Below the pieces are notes generated by a model that saw only the letters and a list, made by a program, of their open reading frames with translations, did not search any database and had not been told where the DNA came from. Both the position numbers and the translations under genes were made by a program. Below, piece by piece: positions 1 to 11,700 of a DNA stretch of 64,000 bases; the stretch's first letter is position 1, and every line of letters begins with the position of its first letter. Source of the DNA: a virus; IMG/VR virus record IMGVR_UViG_3300046010_005562, one strand, 5' to 3'.

Positions 1-409
1 CTTGATTTGGTTCTAATAATATATTAGTATGAATATCCCAATCAAATAAATTATTATAATCAAATCTATATTCATCTAATGCGTTTTTTGCTCCACTTAA
101 ATGATGATATAAATTAAAAGTTGTAGGTTCTAATGCTAATATAAAAATCCATTCTTGCATAGAATCAAATCCTTCGAAATGTATTCTTAAATTTGGTTTT
201 CTAAATATTCCTGAATTTTCTTCATCAACATATACTTCTTCCCCAACGAATTTAGAAAATACAGAATCTAATCCTGGTATTACTAGATTGAATTGATCTA
301 TTTCAAACCCGTGTTCTTTTTCTATATATTGTAAATTATTTGTACAATTAAATATATGATCTACATCAGTTTGATTGTAGAAATTATCTGCTTGGAGAAG
401 TTTTATCAA
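1..409 (-). CDS. Partial 2OG-Fe(II) oxygenase-like / conserved phage protein (C-terminus off the window; apparent TTG start overlapping the upstream stop)
   Basis: Reverse-strand reading LIKLLQADNFYNQTDVDHIFNCTNNLQYIEKEHGFEIDQFN...EWIFILALEPTTFNLYHHLSGAKNALDEYRFE, open to the window edge; resembles phage dioxygenase-like proteins. Confidence 0.45.
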   Translation of the reverse strand, partial: MIKLLQADNFYNQTDVDHIFNCTNNLQYIEKEHGFEIDQFNLVIPGLDSVFSKFVGEEVYVDEENSGIFRKPNLRIHFEGFDSMQEWIFILALEPTTFNLYHHLSGAKNALDEYRFDYNNLFDWDIHTNILLEPNQ

Positions 410-1623
410 AAATCATCTCCCATTTCTTGGACTGATGTAGTAGTTATAGATCCGCAAGATACTTGTTTCCAATTGGTTCCAAATGCAATTGTTTGTACTG
501 GAGAACTTCTCTTTGTTATTGAATTATCTCCTAATTGTCCATATGTATTATCGCCCCAAAGCCATAAAGTTCCATCTGTTTTAATAGCTGCTGTTTGATA
601 TCCGCAAGCTACTTGTTTCCAATTAGTTCCAGCTGATACAGTTTGTACTGGAGAACTTTTATTTGATACTGAATTATCACCTAATTGACCATAATTATCT
701 CTACCCCAAAGCCATAAAGTCCCATCTGTTTTAATAGATGCTGTATGAAATTTACCTGCGGAAACTTGTTTCCAATTAGTTCCAGCTGATACAGTTTGTA
801 CTGGAGAACTTTTATCTGCTACTGAATTATCACCTAATTGACCATAATTATCTCTACCCCAAAGCCATAAAGTCCCATCAGTCTTTATTGCTGCTGTGTA
901 GTTACTTCCAACAGTAACTTGTTTCCAATTAGTTCCAGCTGATATAGTTTGTACTGGAGAACTTTTACTTGTTCTTGTGTTATCTCCTAATTGTCCGTAT
1001 ATGTTAACTCCCCAAAGCCATAAAGTCCCATCAGTCTTTATTGCTGCTGTGTGATATCCACAAGCGACTTGTTTCCAATTATTACCAAAAGATATAGTTT
1101 GAACTGGAGAACTTTTATTTGATACTGAATTATCTCCTAATTGACCATTATTATTATATCCCCAAGTCCATAGAGTACCATCAGTCTTTATTGCTGCTGT
1201 ATGAAGAATACCAGCAGAAACTTGTTTCCAGTTAGTACCAAATGCTACTGTTTGAACTGGAGAACTTTTATTTGATACTGAATTATCTCCTAATCCACCA
1301 TAAAAATTATCACCCCAAGTCCATAGAGTGCCATCAGTCTTTATTGCTGCTGTATGACTAGAAGAAGAAACTTGTTTCCAGTTAGATCCCCAAGCAATTG
1401 TTTGTACTGGATAACTTTTATTTGTTCTTGTGTTATCTCCTAATTGACCATAATTATTCATACCCCAATTCCATAATCCAGCAAATTGTATATTACCTAA
1501 CCCACTTAAATAAGGATAAACATCAATTAAATATTCTTTAGTAACAAATTTAACTCCAAGGTCTACGTTATTTTCCGCAGAACTTTCTCTAAAGTTGCTG
1601 ATAAGTTGATTGCTATCTGACAT
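406..1623 (-). CDS. RCC1-repeat beta-propeller protein, probable distal tail fibre / receptor-binding protein
   Basis: About seven repeats of (K/S)SSPVQT(V/I)xxGTNWKQVxxGxxHTAAIKTDGTLWxWGxNxxGQLGDN in a tail fibre gene context. Confidence 0.85.
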   Translation of the reverse strand: MSDSNQLISNFRESSAENNVDLGVKFVTKEYLIDVYPYLSGLGNIQFAGLWNWGMNNYGQLGDNTRTNKSYPVQTIAWGSNWKQVSSSSHTAAIKTDGTLWTWGDNFYGGLGDNSVSNKSSPVQTVAFGTNWKQVSAGILHTAAIKTDGTLWTWGYNNNGQLGDNSVSNKSSPVQTISFGNNWKQVACGYHTAAIKTDGTLWLWGVNIYGQLGDNTRTSKSSPVQTISAGTNWKQVTVGSNYTAAIKTDGTLWLWGRDNYGQLGDNSVADKSSPVQTVSAGTNWKQVSAGKFHTASIKTDGTLWLWGRDNYGQLGDNSVSNKSSPVQTVSAGTNWKQVACGYQTAAIKTDGTLWLWGDNTYGQLGDNSITKRSSPVQTIAFGTNWKQVSCGSITTTSVQEMGDDF

Positions 1624-1635
1624 TTTTTATCTCAA

Positions 1636-2319
1636 TTAAATTATTTCTGGAGTTGGTGGTTCCCATATAGGATTATCAGATATTAATTTAACAGAGTCTA
1701 ATTCTTCTAAAGTTTGTTTTGACTCAATTTCTTGATATTTACTAGCTTCCCAATCAAATGCTGATTGTATGTGAGTAGTTACGGCCTGAACAATTAAGCC
1801 TAAATCTGAATTAGATAAAGATAAGAATTCAGATCCAAATTTCCAATTTATATTATCTTTTCCTAATTGATATGCCTGTAAATATAAAGCTCTATCTTCT
1901 CTGTTTGTTAATAGATTAACTTCTTTATTTTGGATTGTAGCAGAAACACCCATAACTTCGTATTTGTAACGATTAGCTGCTATTATAGGTTTTAGTTCCG
2001 ATTTAACTACTTCTACAGATTTATTTTGTACATTATGATACATTTCAGCGTATGTATCAAAGAAGTTATAATAAGGACCAACAATATTTTGAATTTTTTG
2101 ATTACATTCTGAAGTTAGTCCTATATCTCTTACTGGAATAATTTTAACTGTATCAGAAACTATAACAACTTCCCCAGAATCGTTTGAAAGAGGAACATTG
2201 AAATTTATTTCTAGATCATCTCTTAAACAACTTTGAAAGAATGTTGGTCTCCAATTCATAGGACCAAGATGAACTAAATTTGTACCATCTTCTAATTTTT
2301 CTACTATTAAATATGCCAT
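1636..2319 (-). CDS. Tail-fibre associated protein, DUF4376-like C-terminal region
   Basis: C-terminal NREDRALYLQAYQLGKDN...IVQAVTTHIQSAFDWEASKYQEIE pattern; located between two fibre genes. Confidence 0.5.
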   Translation of the reverse strand: MAYLIVEKLEDGTNLVHLGPMNWRPTFFQSCLRDDLEINFNVPLSNDSGEVVIVSDTVKIIPVRDIGLTSECNQKIQNIVGPYYNFFDTYAEMYHNVQNKSVEVVKSELKPIIAANRYKYEVMGVSATIQNKEVNLLTNREDRALYLQAYQLGKDNINWKFGSEFLSLSNSDLGLIVQAVTTHIQSAFDWEASKYQEIESKQTLEELDSVKLISDNPIWEPPTPEII

Positions 2320-2321
2320 TT

Positions 2322-3497
2322 TTATAATACCTGTCCTATGTCTGAATATTGAACTGCTGTAGTGTGATTATCCCCACAATATACTTGTTTCCAATTACTT
2401 CCTGCTGATACAGTTTGGACTGGAGAACTTTTATTTGATATTGAATTATCTCCTAATTGACCAAATCCATTAAGCCCCCACAACCATAAAGTTCCATCTG
2501 TTTTTATTGCTGCTGTATGTCCTGCTCCAGAAGATACTTGTTTCCAATTAGTTCCAGCTGATATAGTTTGTACTGGAGAACTTTTATTTGATACTGAATT
2601 ATCACCTAATTGACCATAATTATCTCTACCCCAAAGCCATAAAGTCCCATCAGTCTTTATTGCTGCTGTGTATGTAGATCCACAAACTACTTGTTTCCAA
2701 TTAGTTCCAAAAGATATAGTTTGAACTGGAGAACTTTTATCTGATATTGAGTTATCTCCTAATTGACCGTATAAATTATCTCCCCAAAGCCATAAAGTCC
2801 CATCAGTTTTTATTGCTGCTGTATGACTCGATCCGCAAACTACTTGTTTCCAATTAGTTCCAAATGATATAGTTTGAACTGGAGAACTTTTATTTGATAC
2901 TGAATTATCTCCTAATTGACCATTATCATTCAATCCCCAAAGCCATAAAGTCCCATCAGTTTTTATTGCTGCTGTATAATATACTCCAGCAGAAACTTGT
3001 TTCCAATTAGTTCCAAATGATATAGTTTGAACTGGAGAAAGTCTATCAGTTCTTGTATTATCTCCTAATCCACCATGAAAATTACTTCCCCAAAGCCATA
3101 AAGTCCCATCAGTCTTTATGGATGCTGTTTGATACAAACGAGCAGATACTTGTTTCCAATTAGTTCCTGCTGATACGGTTTGGACTGGAGAACTTCTCTT
3201 TGTTGATGTGTTATCTCCTAATTGACCAACAAAATTATATCCAAAAGTCCATAAAGTACCATCTGTCTTTATAGAAACAGTATGCTCCAAACCAGCAGAA
3301 ACTTGTTTCCAATTAGTTCCTGCTGATACGGTTTGGACTGGAGAACTTTTACGAGATGTTGAATTATCTCCTAATTGACCATTATTATTAGATCCCCAAG
3401 TCCATAGACCTCCAATAGCATATCTATCAATAAGATCTGTTGTTGTCATAAAATATTTGTCAAAATCTCCAGTCATGGAAGAATTAAAACCAGACAT
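2322..3497 (-). CDS. Second RCC1-repeat beta-propeller protein (paralogue of 406..1623)
   Basis: Same 50-residue RCC1-like repeat, very high similarity to the first copy. Confidence 0.85.
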   Translation of the reverse strand: MSGFNSSMTGDFDKYFMTTTDLIDRYAIGGLWTWGSNNNGQLGDNSTSRKSSPVQTVSAGTNWKQVSAGLEHTVSIKTDGTLWTFGYNFVGQLGDNTSTKRSSPVQTVSAGTNWKQVSARLYQTASIKTDGTLWLWGSNFHGGLGDNTRTDRLSPVQTISFGTNWKQVSAGVYYTAAIKTDGTLWLWGLNDNGQLGDNSVSNKSSPVQTISFGTNWKQVVCGSSHTAAIKTDGTLWLWGDNLYGQLGDNSISDKSSPVQTISFGTNWKQVVCGSTYTAAIKTDGTLWLWGRDNYGQLGDNSVSNKSSPVQTISAGTNWKQVSSGAGHTAAIKTDGTLWLWGLNGFGQLGDNSISNKSSPVQTVSAGSNWKQVYCGDNHTTAVQYSDIGQVL

Positions 3498-6400
3498 TAT
3501 TTGTTCTCCAATTTGTCCAATCTATCAGACATTTCTTTTACTGCTCCAATTAAGAACGCTATCAAAGAATCATACTCTACAGATTTTATACCATCGTTTT
3601 CATGAACTATATCAGGTAGTATTTTTTCAATCTCTTGAGCAATAACACCATATGATTTTTTTCCTGTCTTTTTCCAATTAAATGAAACAGGATTAATACT
3701 ATTTATCAAAATTGTTGAGTTAGCTATTTTGGTTATATTATCTTTTTGAGATTCATCTGATAGAGAAGAAAATATAGTAGCATACAAAGTTCCTGTACTA
3801 GGATTTGTATATAGTTCTGTTGAGTTTATAAAAACAGAATTAAATACTTGTCCATCTGTATTACTAGTGAAAACTAAAGGTCTGTTGTTATTTGTAGAAG
3901 CATCATCTATTAAAATAGCTCCTCCAGTATTAGCTTTATTAAATGCCCCTAATGCATTATTTAATGCTGTATTAGCTCTACTAAATGCATTGACAGCATC
4001 ATTACCAGAAGAGTTTGCTTTATTAAATGCCCCTAATGCATTATTTAATGCTGTATTAGCTTGTATAAATCCAGATAAAGAATTATTAACACCAGTATTA
4101 GCTGTATTATATGCTGTATTAGCTCTACTAAATGCATTGACAGCATCATTACCAGCAGAGTTTGCTTTGTTAAACGCACCTAATGCATTATTTAATGCTG
4201 TATTAGCTTGTATAAATCCAGATAAAGAATTATTAACACCAGTATTAGCTGTATTATATGCAGTATTAGCTTGAGTGAATGCACCTAACACATTATTTAA
4301 TGAGGTATTAGCCTGATTAAATGCTCCTAACGCATTATTTAATGAGGTATTAGCTCTACTAAATGCATTGACAGCATCATTACCAGCAGAGTTTGCTTTG
4401 TTAAATGCTCCTAACGCATTATTTAATGAGGTATTAGCTTGTATAAATCCAGATAAAGAATTATTAACACCAGTATTAGCTGTATTATATGCAGTATTAG
4501 CTTGAGTGAATGCACCTAACACATTATTTAATGAGGTATTAGCTTGAGTGAATGCACCTAACACATTATTTAATGAGGTATTAGCTCTACTAAATGCATT
4601 AATAGCATCATTACCAGCAGAATTAGCTTTGTTAAATGCTGAATCAGTTAATGAAGTGTAATAAGCACCACTTTGTCCATCAAGTAAATCAGCATCTAAT
4701 CCTGATCCAACACCATCATTTCCCGAATGCCAAATTTTATATTTATTTGCTCCAGCAGTCCAACCACCGAAAAACAAATCATTAGTAATTCCATCTAATC
4801 CAAAGTGGGCTGCATAATCTCCTGCAATATGGAATGTCATGAAAGCATCTGTGCCTATAGTTGCTTGATAACATTGAAGCGTATTAACCTCTCCTATATT
4901 GTTCCCAGAAAATCCTGCTGGTGTGTTTATTTTTAATATCCCACCACTATATGTTGTAGTTGCATCACTTCTTAAGAAACTACCACTACTAATACCATCA
5001 AGTAAATCTGCATTAAGGTTTGTAACTAATGTCGTAGAAGCTATTGAGAATGGAGCAGTTCCAGTAGCTACTGTAGAACCTAATTGACCAGAAAGATTTC
5101 CTCCAGAAAGAGGTAAATAGTTAGTTACTGTATTAGCTTTTATAAAGGCATTTACTGCATCATTACCAGCAGAGTTTGCTTTATTAAATGCACCTAATGC
5201 ATTATTTAATGCGGTATTAGCTTGTGTAAATGCACCTAATGCATTATTTAATGCAGTATTAGCTTGTATAAATGCTGATAGTGAATTATTAACACCAATG
5301 TTAGCTGTACTGTATGCAGTGTTAGCTTTTATGAATGCATTGACAGCATCATTTCCAGCAGAGTTAGCTTTGTTAAATGCATTGACAGCATCATTTCCAG
5401 CAGAGTTAGCTTTGTTAAATGCTGATAATGAGTTATTAACACCAATGTTAGCTGTATTATAAGATGTATTAGCTTGTATAAATGCTGATAGTGAATTATT
5501 AACACCAATGTTAGCTGTATTATAAGATGTATTAGCTTGTATAAATGCTGATAGTGAATTATTAACACCAATGTTAGCTGTACTGTATGCAGTGTTAGCT
5601 TTTATGAATGCATTGACAGCATCATTTCCAGCAGAGTTAGCTTTGTTAAATGCATTAACTGCATCATTTCCAGCAGAGTTAGCTTTGTTAAATGCATTAA
5701 CTGCATCATTTCCAGCAGAGTTAGCTTTGTTAAATGCTGATAATGAGTTATTAACACCAATGTTAGCTGTACTGTATGCAGTGTTAGCTTTTATGAATGC
5801 ATTGACAGCATCATTTCCAGCAGAGTTAGCTTTGTTAAATGCTGATAATGAGTTATTAACACCAACGTTAGCTGTATTATAAGATGTATTAGATTGTATA
5901 AATGCTGATAATGAGTTATTAACACCAACGTTAGCTGTATTATAAGATGTATTAGCTTTTATGAATGCATTGACAGCATCATTTCCAGCAGAGTTAGCTT
6001 TGTTAAATGCATTAACTGCATCATTTCCAGCAGAGTTAGCTTTGTTAAATGCATTAACTGCATCATTTCCAGCAGAGTTAGCTTTGTTAAATGTAGCTAC
6101 GGCATATATAAAAGCTGAATTCGAATTTGCTGCTATGAATGCAGCATTAGCAACATCCCAAGCAGATGAAACATTATTTGCTTGGAAAAATGCAGCTTGA
6201 GAATATAATATTCCAGTATTAGCTGTAGTATAAGCTGTATTAGCTTGTATAAATGCTGATAGTGAATTATTAACACCAATGTTAGCTGTATTATACGCAG
6301 TGTTAGCTTGTATAAATGCTGATAGTGAATTATTAACACCAATGTTAGCTGTACTGTATGCAGTATTAGCTCTAATGAATGCGTTAACAGCATCGTTTCC

Positions 6401-8536
6401 AGCAGAGTTAGCTTTCATAAATGCATTATTAGACATATTATATGCAACATTAGCCTGTAAAAATGCATTATTAGACATATTATATGCAACATTAGCCTGT
6501 AAAAATGCACTATTAGACATGTTGTATGCAACATTAGCCTGTATAAAGACATTAACAGAATCATTTCCAGCAGAGTTAGCTTTCATAAATGCACTATTAG
6601 ACATATTGTATGCAACATTAGCTTGAACAAATGCATTAACAGCATCGTTCCCAGCAGAATTAGCTTTTAAATATGCAGTATTAGCTTGAATGAACGCATT
6701 TACAGCATCGTTCCCAGCAGAATTTGCTTTCATAAATGCACTATTAGACATATTGTATGCAACATTAGCTTGAATAAATGCACTATTAGACATATTATAT
6801 GCAACATTAGCCTGTATAAATGCACTATTAGACATGTTATATGCAACATTAGCTTGAATGAAAGCATTAACTGCATCATTTCCAGCAGAGTTAGCTTTCA
6901 TAAATGCACTATTAGACATGTTATACGCAACATTAGCCTGTCTGAATGCGTTAACAGCATCATTTCCAGCAGAGTTAGCTTTCATAAATGCATTATTAGA
7001 CATGTTGTATGCAACATTAGCCTGTATAAATGCATTGTTAGTCATATTATATGCAACATTAGCCTGTAAAAATGCACTATTAGACATGTTGTATGCAACA
7101 TTAGCCTGTATAAAGGCATTATTGGTCATATTATAAGCAACATTAGCTTGAACAAATGCATTGATAGCATCGTTTCCAGCAGAGTTAGCTTTTAAATATG
7201 CAACATTAGCTTGAACAAATGCATTATTGGTCATATTATAAGCAATATTAGCCTGTCTAAATGCATTGACAGCATCGTTTCCAGCAGAGTTAGCTTTCAT
7301 AAATGCATTATTAGACATATTATATGCAACATTAGCTTGAATAAATGCACTATTAGACATATTATATGCAACATTAGCTTGAATGAATGCATTGACAGCA
7401 TCGTTTCCAGCAGAGTTAGCTTTCATAAATGCATTATTAGACATATTATATGCAACATTAGCTTGAATGAATGCATTGTTAGTCATATTATATGCAACAT
7501 TAGCTTGAATGAATGCATTAACTGCATCATTACCAGCAGAGTTAGCTTTCATAAATGCATTATTAGACATATTATATGCAACATTAGCTTGAATGAATGC
7601 ATTGTTAGTCATATTATATGCAACATTAGCTTGAACGAATGCGCTATTAGACATATTGTATGCAACATTAGCTTGTCTAAATGCACTATTAGACATATTA
7701 TATGAAACATTAGCCTGAATGAATGCGTTAACTGCATCGTTTCCAGCAGAGTTAGCTTTCATAAATGCATTATTAGACATGTTGTATGCAACATTAGCTT
7801 GTCTAAATGCACTATTAGACATATTGTATGCAACATTAGCTTGAATGAATGCATTTACTGCATCGTTTCCAGCAGAGTTAGCTTTCATGAATGCATTATT
7901 AGACATATTATATGCAACATTAGCTTGTCTAAATGCACTATTAGACATATTGTATGCAACATTAGCCTGTATAAAGGCATTGTTAGTCATATTATATGCA
8001 ACATTAGCTTGTCTAAATGCACTATTAGACATATTGTATGCAACATTAGCCTGTATAAAGGCATTGTTAGTCATATTATATGCAACATTAGCCTGTATAA
8101 AGGCATTGTTAGTCATATTATACGCAACATTAGCTTGCCTAAACGAAAATGCAGTATATTCTAAATAATAATTACTATCAATTCCATTTAAAAATTGAGT
8201 ATTTAAATTATAAACTAATGTATTTGAAGTTATTTCAAATGGTGCTGTTCCATAAGGAATAGTAGAGATTAGTTGTTTGGATACATTTATATTTCCTCCA
8301 ATAAAAGCGTCGTTATTTATTATTATCGACGTTCCCAAGGCATTGAAATTTACTTGTCCATTGAATGCAGCATTATTTGCTACTGAAAGAGCAGTACCAG
8401 ATGAATCTAAGTATAATGTATTAGAAGTTTTATGATAGTCTCCTGTTTCTAAAACATTAGACTGAGTAATTAAACTTACTGTAGCTCCAAGAAATTCTGA
8501 GAAAGTATTGGCTAAAGATATTTGTGCGATTGGCAT
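3497..8536 (-). CDS. Long repetitive tail fibre with C-terminal S74-type intramolecular chaperone domain
   Basis: 1679 aa; tens of NAFIQANVAYNMSN / NAFNKANSAGNDAV repeats; C-term SDESQKDNITKIANSTILINSINPVSFNWKKTGKKSYGVIAQEIEKILPDIV...VEYDSLIAFLIGAVKEM. Confidence 0.9.
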   Translation of the reverse strand: MPIAQISLANTFSEFLGATVSLITQSNVLETGDYHKTSNTLYLDSSGTALSVANNAAFNGQVNFNALGTSIIINNDAFIGGNINVSKQLISTIPYGTAPFEITSNTLVYNLNTQFLNGIDSNYYLEYTAFSFRQANVAYNMTNNAFIQANVAYNMTNNAFIQANVAYNMSNSAFRQANVAYNMTNNAFIQANVAYNMSNSAFRQANVAYNMSNNAFMKANSAGNDAVNAFIQANVAYNMSNSAFRQANVAYNMSNNAFMKANSAGNDAVNAFIQANVSYNMSNSAFRQANVAYNMSNSAFVQANVAYNMTNNAFIQANVAYNMSNNAFMKANSAGNDAVNAFIQANVAYNMTNNAFIQANVAYNMSNNAFMKANSAGNDAVNAFIQANVAYNMSNSAFIQANVAYNMSNNAFMKANSAGNDAVNAFRQANIAYNMTNNAFVQANVAYLKANSAGNDAINAFVQANVAYNMTNNAFIQANVAYNMSNSAFLQANVAYNMTNNAFIQANVAYNMSNNAFMKANSAGNDAVNAFRQANVAYNMSNSAFMKANSAGNDAVNAFIQANVAYNMSNSAFIQANVAYNMSNSAFIQANVAYNMSNSAFMKANSAGNDAVNAFIQANTAYLKANSAGNDAVNAFVQANVAYNMSNSAFMKANSAGNDSVNVFIQANVAYNMSNSAFLQANVAYNMSNNAFLQANVAYNMSNNAFMKANSAGNDAVNAFIRANTAYSTANIGVNNSLSAFIQANTAYNTANIGVNNSLSAFIQANTAYTTANTGILYSQAAFFQANNVSSAWDVANAAFIAANSNSAFIYAVATFNKANSAGNDAVNAFNKANSAGNDAVNAFNKANSAGNDAVNAFIKANTSYNTANVGVNNSLSAFIQSNTSYNTANVGVNNSLSAFNKANSAGNDAVNAFIKANTAYSTANIGVNNSLSAFNKANSAGNDAVNAFNKANSAGNDAVNAFNKANSAGNDAVNAFIKANTAYSTANIGVNNSLSAFIQANTSYNTANIGVNNSLSAFIQANTSYNTANIGVNNSLSAFNKANSAGNDAVNAFNKANSAGNDAVNAFIKANTAYSTANIGVNNSLSAFIQANTALNNALGAFTQANTALNNALGAFNKANSAGNDAVNAFIKANTVTNYLPLSGGNLSGQLGSTVATGTAPFSIASTTLVTNLNADLLDGISSGSFLRSDATTTYSGGILKINTPAGFSGNNIGEVNTLQCYQATIGTDAFMTFHIAGDYAAHFGLDGITNDLFFGGWTAGANKYKIWHSGNDGVGSGLDADLLDGQSGAYYTSLTDSAFNKANSAGNDAINAFSRANTSLNNVLGAFTQANTSLNNVLGAFTQANTAYNTANTGVNNSLSGFIQANTSLNNALGAFNKANSAGNDAVNAFSRANTSLNNALGAFNQANTSLNNVLGAFTQANTAYNTANTGVNNSLSGFIQANTALNNALGAFNKANSAGNDAVNAFSRANTAYNTANTGVNNSLSGFIQANTALNNALGAFNKANSSGNDAVNAFSRANTALNNALGAFNKANTGGAILIDDASTNNNRPLVFTSNTDGQVFNSVFINSTELYTNPSTGTLYATIFSSLSDESQKDNITKIANSTILINSINPVSFNWKKTGKKSYGVIAQEIEKILPDIVHENDGIKSVEYDSLIAFLIGAVKEMSDRLDKLENK
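3860..8160 (-). repeat. 42-bp-period in-frame coding repeat (14-aa NAFIQANVAYNMSN / NAFMKANSAGNDAV units)
   Basis: Direct reading of tandem near-identical units at DNA and protein level. Confidence 0.95.
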
Positions 8537-8540
8537 TTAT

Positions 8541-8765
8541 TTACCCTTTATTGTCTAACATTTTTATTAATAATTCTTTTATTTGAGAGATATCTTCTTT
8601 CATAGAAGATACCTCACTTTTTATATCTTTTATTTCTTGACTTTGTTTTAGGTGAATATTTCTTTTTAAATTATATTGTTCTAATTCACCTTTGTTATTA
8701 TTTATAAGAGACATATTTTCAATGTCTCTTACAAAACAAGTACCTTCAACTTTTACTTTTGTCAT
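8541..8765 (-). CDS. Small hypothetical coiled-coil protein
   Basis: Open frame between fibre and DUF4815-like protein; heptad-like C-terminus. Confidence 0.5.
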   Translation of the reverse strand: MTKVKVEGTCFVRDIENMSLINNNKGELEQYNLKRNIHLKQSQEIKDIKSEVSSMKEDISQIKELLIKMLDNKG

Positions 8766-8768
8766 AAC

Positions 8769-11700
8769 TTATACTGCTGTTGGAATCATTGGAGGAAGAG
8801 CTATAGTTCTAATATCAGTTAAGAAAGGAATTATAGTACTATCATTAGATACTAAAACTACCTTAATTGCAAATTGATAAAAATAAATATAACTATTATT
8901 AGTTGCTTTGCTAGTATATGTTACCGTGTTATTAGGAATACCATCAATACCAGGAGCAGCTATATACTCAATCAATTCATTTTTAGAAGAAGAATATGTA
9001 GTTCTTCCTGAAATTAATGTCATTAACTGCCAATCACTATCAACAAGCAATTGTGTGTCATTTCTATTTAATATTTTATAGTATATGAAAACATCTGTGT
9101 TGATTGGTCTATATGCAGTAAAATATATTCTTAAATCTCCAGCATCAAATCCAGGATGTAGAGTTACTGGTTTTGATATATATCTTAAAGCTGCATTACC
9201 ACCAATAGAAGAGGTTTCTCCGGTAACAGTTAATACTGCATTTGCATTACCACCTCTATTAGCATCAGTAATAACAATTTCAGGAGTAGATGCATATCCA
9301 GTTCCAACAAAGATTGTATTTATTTTATAAATCTTTCCATTAGCATCTGCTTCTAAACTTAAAAGTGTATCACTTCCTGATGTGTTAGAAGTTCTTCTAA
9401 CAGATATAATAGAACTATTAGAATATCCAATTCCACTATTTGCAATAGTAATATTAGAACTTGTAAATTCTAAATTATTAATTATATATTGAGTAGCATA
9501 TAGTGAAGTTCCTGCTTCAGATATAATTGGACTTAAATATTTATCACTAGAAGATATAGAAGCCGATAATATAAATGAATTGGCAGCACTTGATAATAAT
9601 ATTCTATTACCATTCCCATCTCCTAAATCAACATCATTCAGTGTTGCTGTTCCGAATCTTCCTGGTGTTATTAAAGTTGGAACTGAATCCAATGCTCCAG
9701 TAGACTCTTTTGTTGCTTTATATGTATATGAAATAGGAGCTACATCAAAACTTAAATCAGTTGTTGTTACATTGAATGAACTAACTAAAACATTTTCTGC
9801 AGTCATTCCAGAATATGAAGAATCAATAGCAGATGTTAAATTTGAAGAATATACCAAAGAATTATCAACTAATTTTCTTTTTGGCAATCCAGCAGGTACT
9901 ATAAAATCTATAGTAGGATTTTTAGTTATATCAAATTGACATCCAATCATATCAAACATTAAATCTTCATTTTGATTTGCGGTCCATGTTATAGCATTTT
10001 GAGATTCATACAAACTTCCAATATAAGGAGATGATGAAATTCTAATATTTTGTAATCCTGGAGTTGTGCTACTAATTGCAGTTTCTCCTAATACAGCTTT
10101 CCATAATGTATATTCGTTAGAATTAGATTTAACCATAACAGCATACATAGTATCTGGCTTTATATAAACAGGAACATCAAATTCAAATTCAGTATATGAT
10201 AATGCATCATCAATATTAGGAGCATCTGTATATTTAATTTCATCTACTGATAAAGTTTTAATAGCATATGGTAAAGTATCTCCATTAGGATATCCATTAG
10301 TAGTGCCTAATATTGAAACTGTAACAGGGCTAGTATCATATTGTGGTACTGTTTTAAAGAAGAATCTTAAAGATTTTACAAATACTCCATTTGGAGTAAC
10401 ATCAGAATATAAAATGAAACTTTGACATAATGGATCATGATAGTTTACTGTTGTTACAGTACCAGAAACAGTTTGAGTTATTACTTGTTTAGTAGCAATT
10501 TCAGTTCTAGTTAAAGTATTCCTAGCTGAACTTATATCAGGAGCAAAATCTAAATTCTGAGATTTAGTACTTAAACTTGTGGCAAAAAATGTTCCTTGAG
10601 CAAAAGTTGTTTCTGTGCCAATATTCTTTGCAATTCTATTATCAATTCTAAATAATTTTTCTCCTGTATGGAATTGATCTGCTGGTAGATAGAAAACTCC
10701 ACTTAATTTTCCATATTCATCAGTTTTCAACATTCCTGATAAATTATTAGATTTAATATCATAAACAGTATTCTGTAACGTATTAGCCATTAAATTAACA
10801 TTTGTGGTAATGATAATGGTGTTACCAGATTCATACGCATTAACTATTGGGAATTTAATTTCATAACTATCTGTTATTTGATATAATATTTTTCCAATAA
10901 TATTACTAGTATTTGCTCCAACATTAGGAATAATAATAGTATTACTTGTTTGTCCTAAGAATTTTCCAGATTTTTTATCTATTGAGATGAAAACACCTGT
11001 TGCTGACAATCCAGTAACTGCTCCAGATGTATTAAAAGAAATAGCAAAGATATCATAATTTAATAATTTATCTTTAACATAAACTGTTGCATCTATATCC
11101 CAAACTAAATCTAAATTTTGTTGATATAATCTAGTACCTGTAATTATACTAGAATTAGAAACTGAAGTTTTAGTACTAAGATTTAATACTTTAGCAAAAG
11201 GAACAAAACTTGTAGTAGCACTATTATAATATGCTATAATATCTCCAACTTTAAATCCTCTTGCTGTTACTGGATTTGACCAAACTCTAAGAACATTAGA
11301 TTGCTTAAATCTAGTAGTAACATCAGTATTATCAAAAAACGCACTAACAGGAGTATTTACTAATAAACCAGAAGTAGATATTTCAATTTGTTGTGCTCTG
11401 ATATAAGGATTCATAGATACATCTGTTATGTATCCATTTGTAGTTTGGTAACTATTACCTAAACTTTCCCACATACCCCAAACATCTGTTTTTGATGTTG
11501 TTGATGTTGTGGTTGTAGTTACTTTTGTTAAATCATTAATACCAATACCTGACCATTGCCCAGTCACTGCATATTTTCTATAAATAAACACATTTATAGC
11601 AGATCTTAAAGTTGATAGATACGCAGCAGATAAAGGAGAATTTAATGGAGCAGTTTTTGCAACTGATAATTCAACATCCTTCCCATTTACTGTATAATAT

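Noticed and set aside
3860-8160. CRISPR array
   Set aside because: Periodic units are continuous in-frame coding sequence with no unique spacers.
3867-8168. Plus-strand ORFs at 3867, 4899, 5571, 5961, 6279, 6858, 7845 and other overlapping ORFs with MNALTASFPAELALL or ICNISL repeats
   Set aside because: They are antisense or out-of-frame readings of the repetitive tail fibre gene; the repeats keep alternative frames open.
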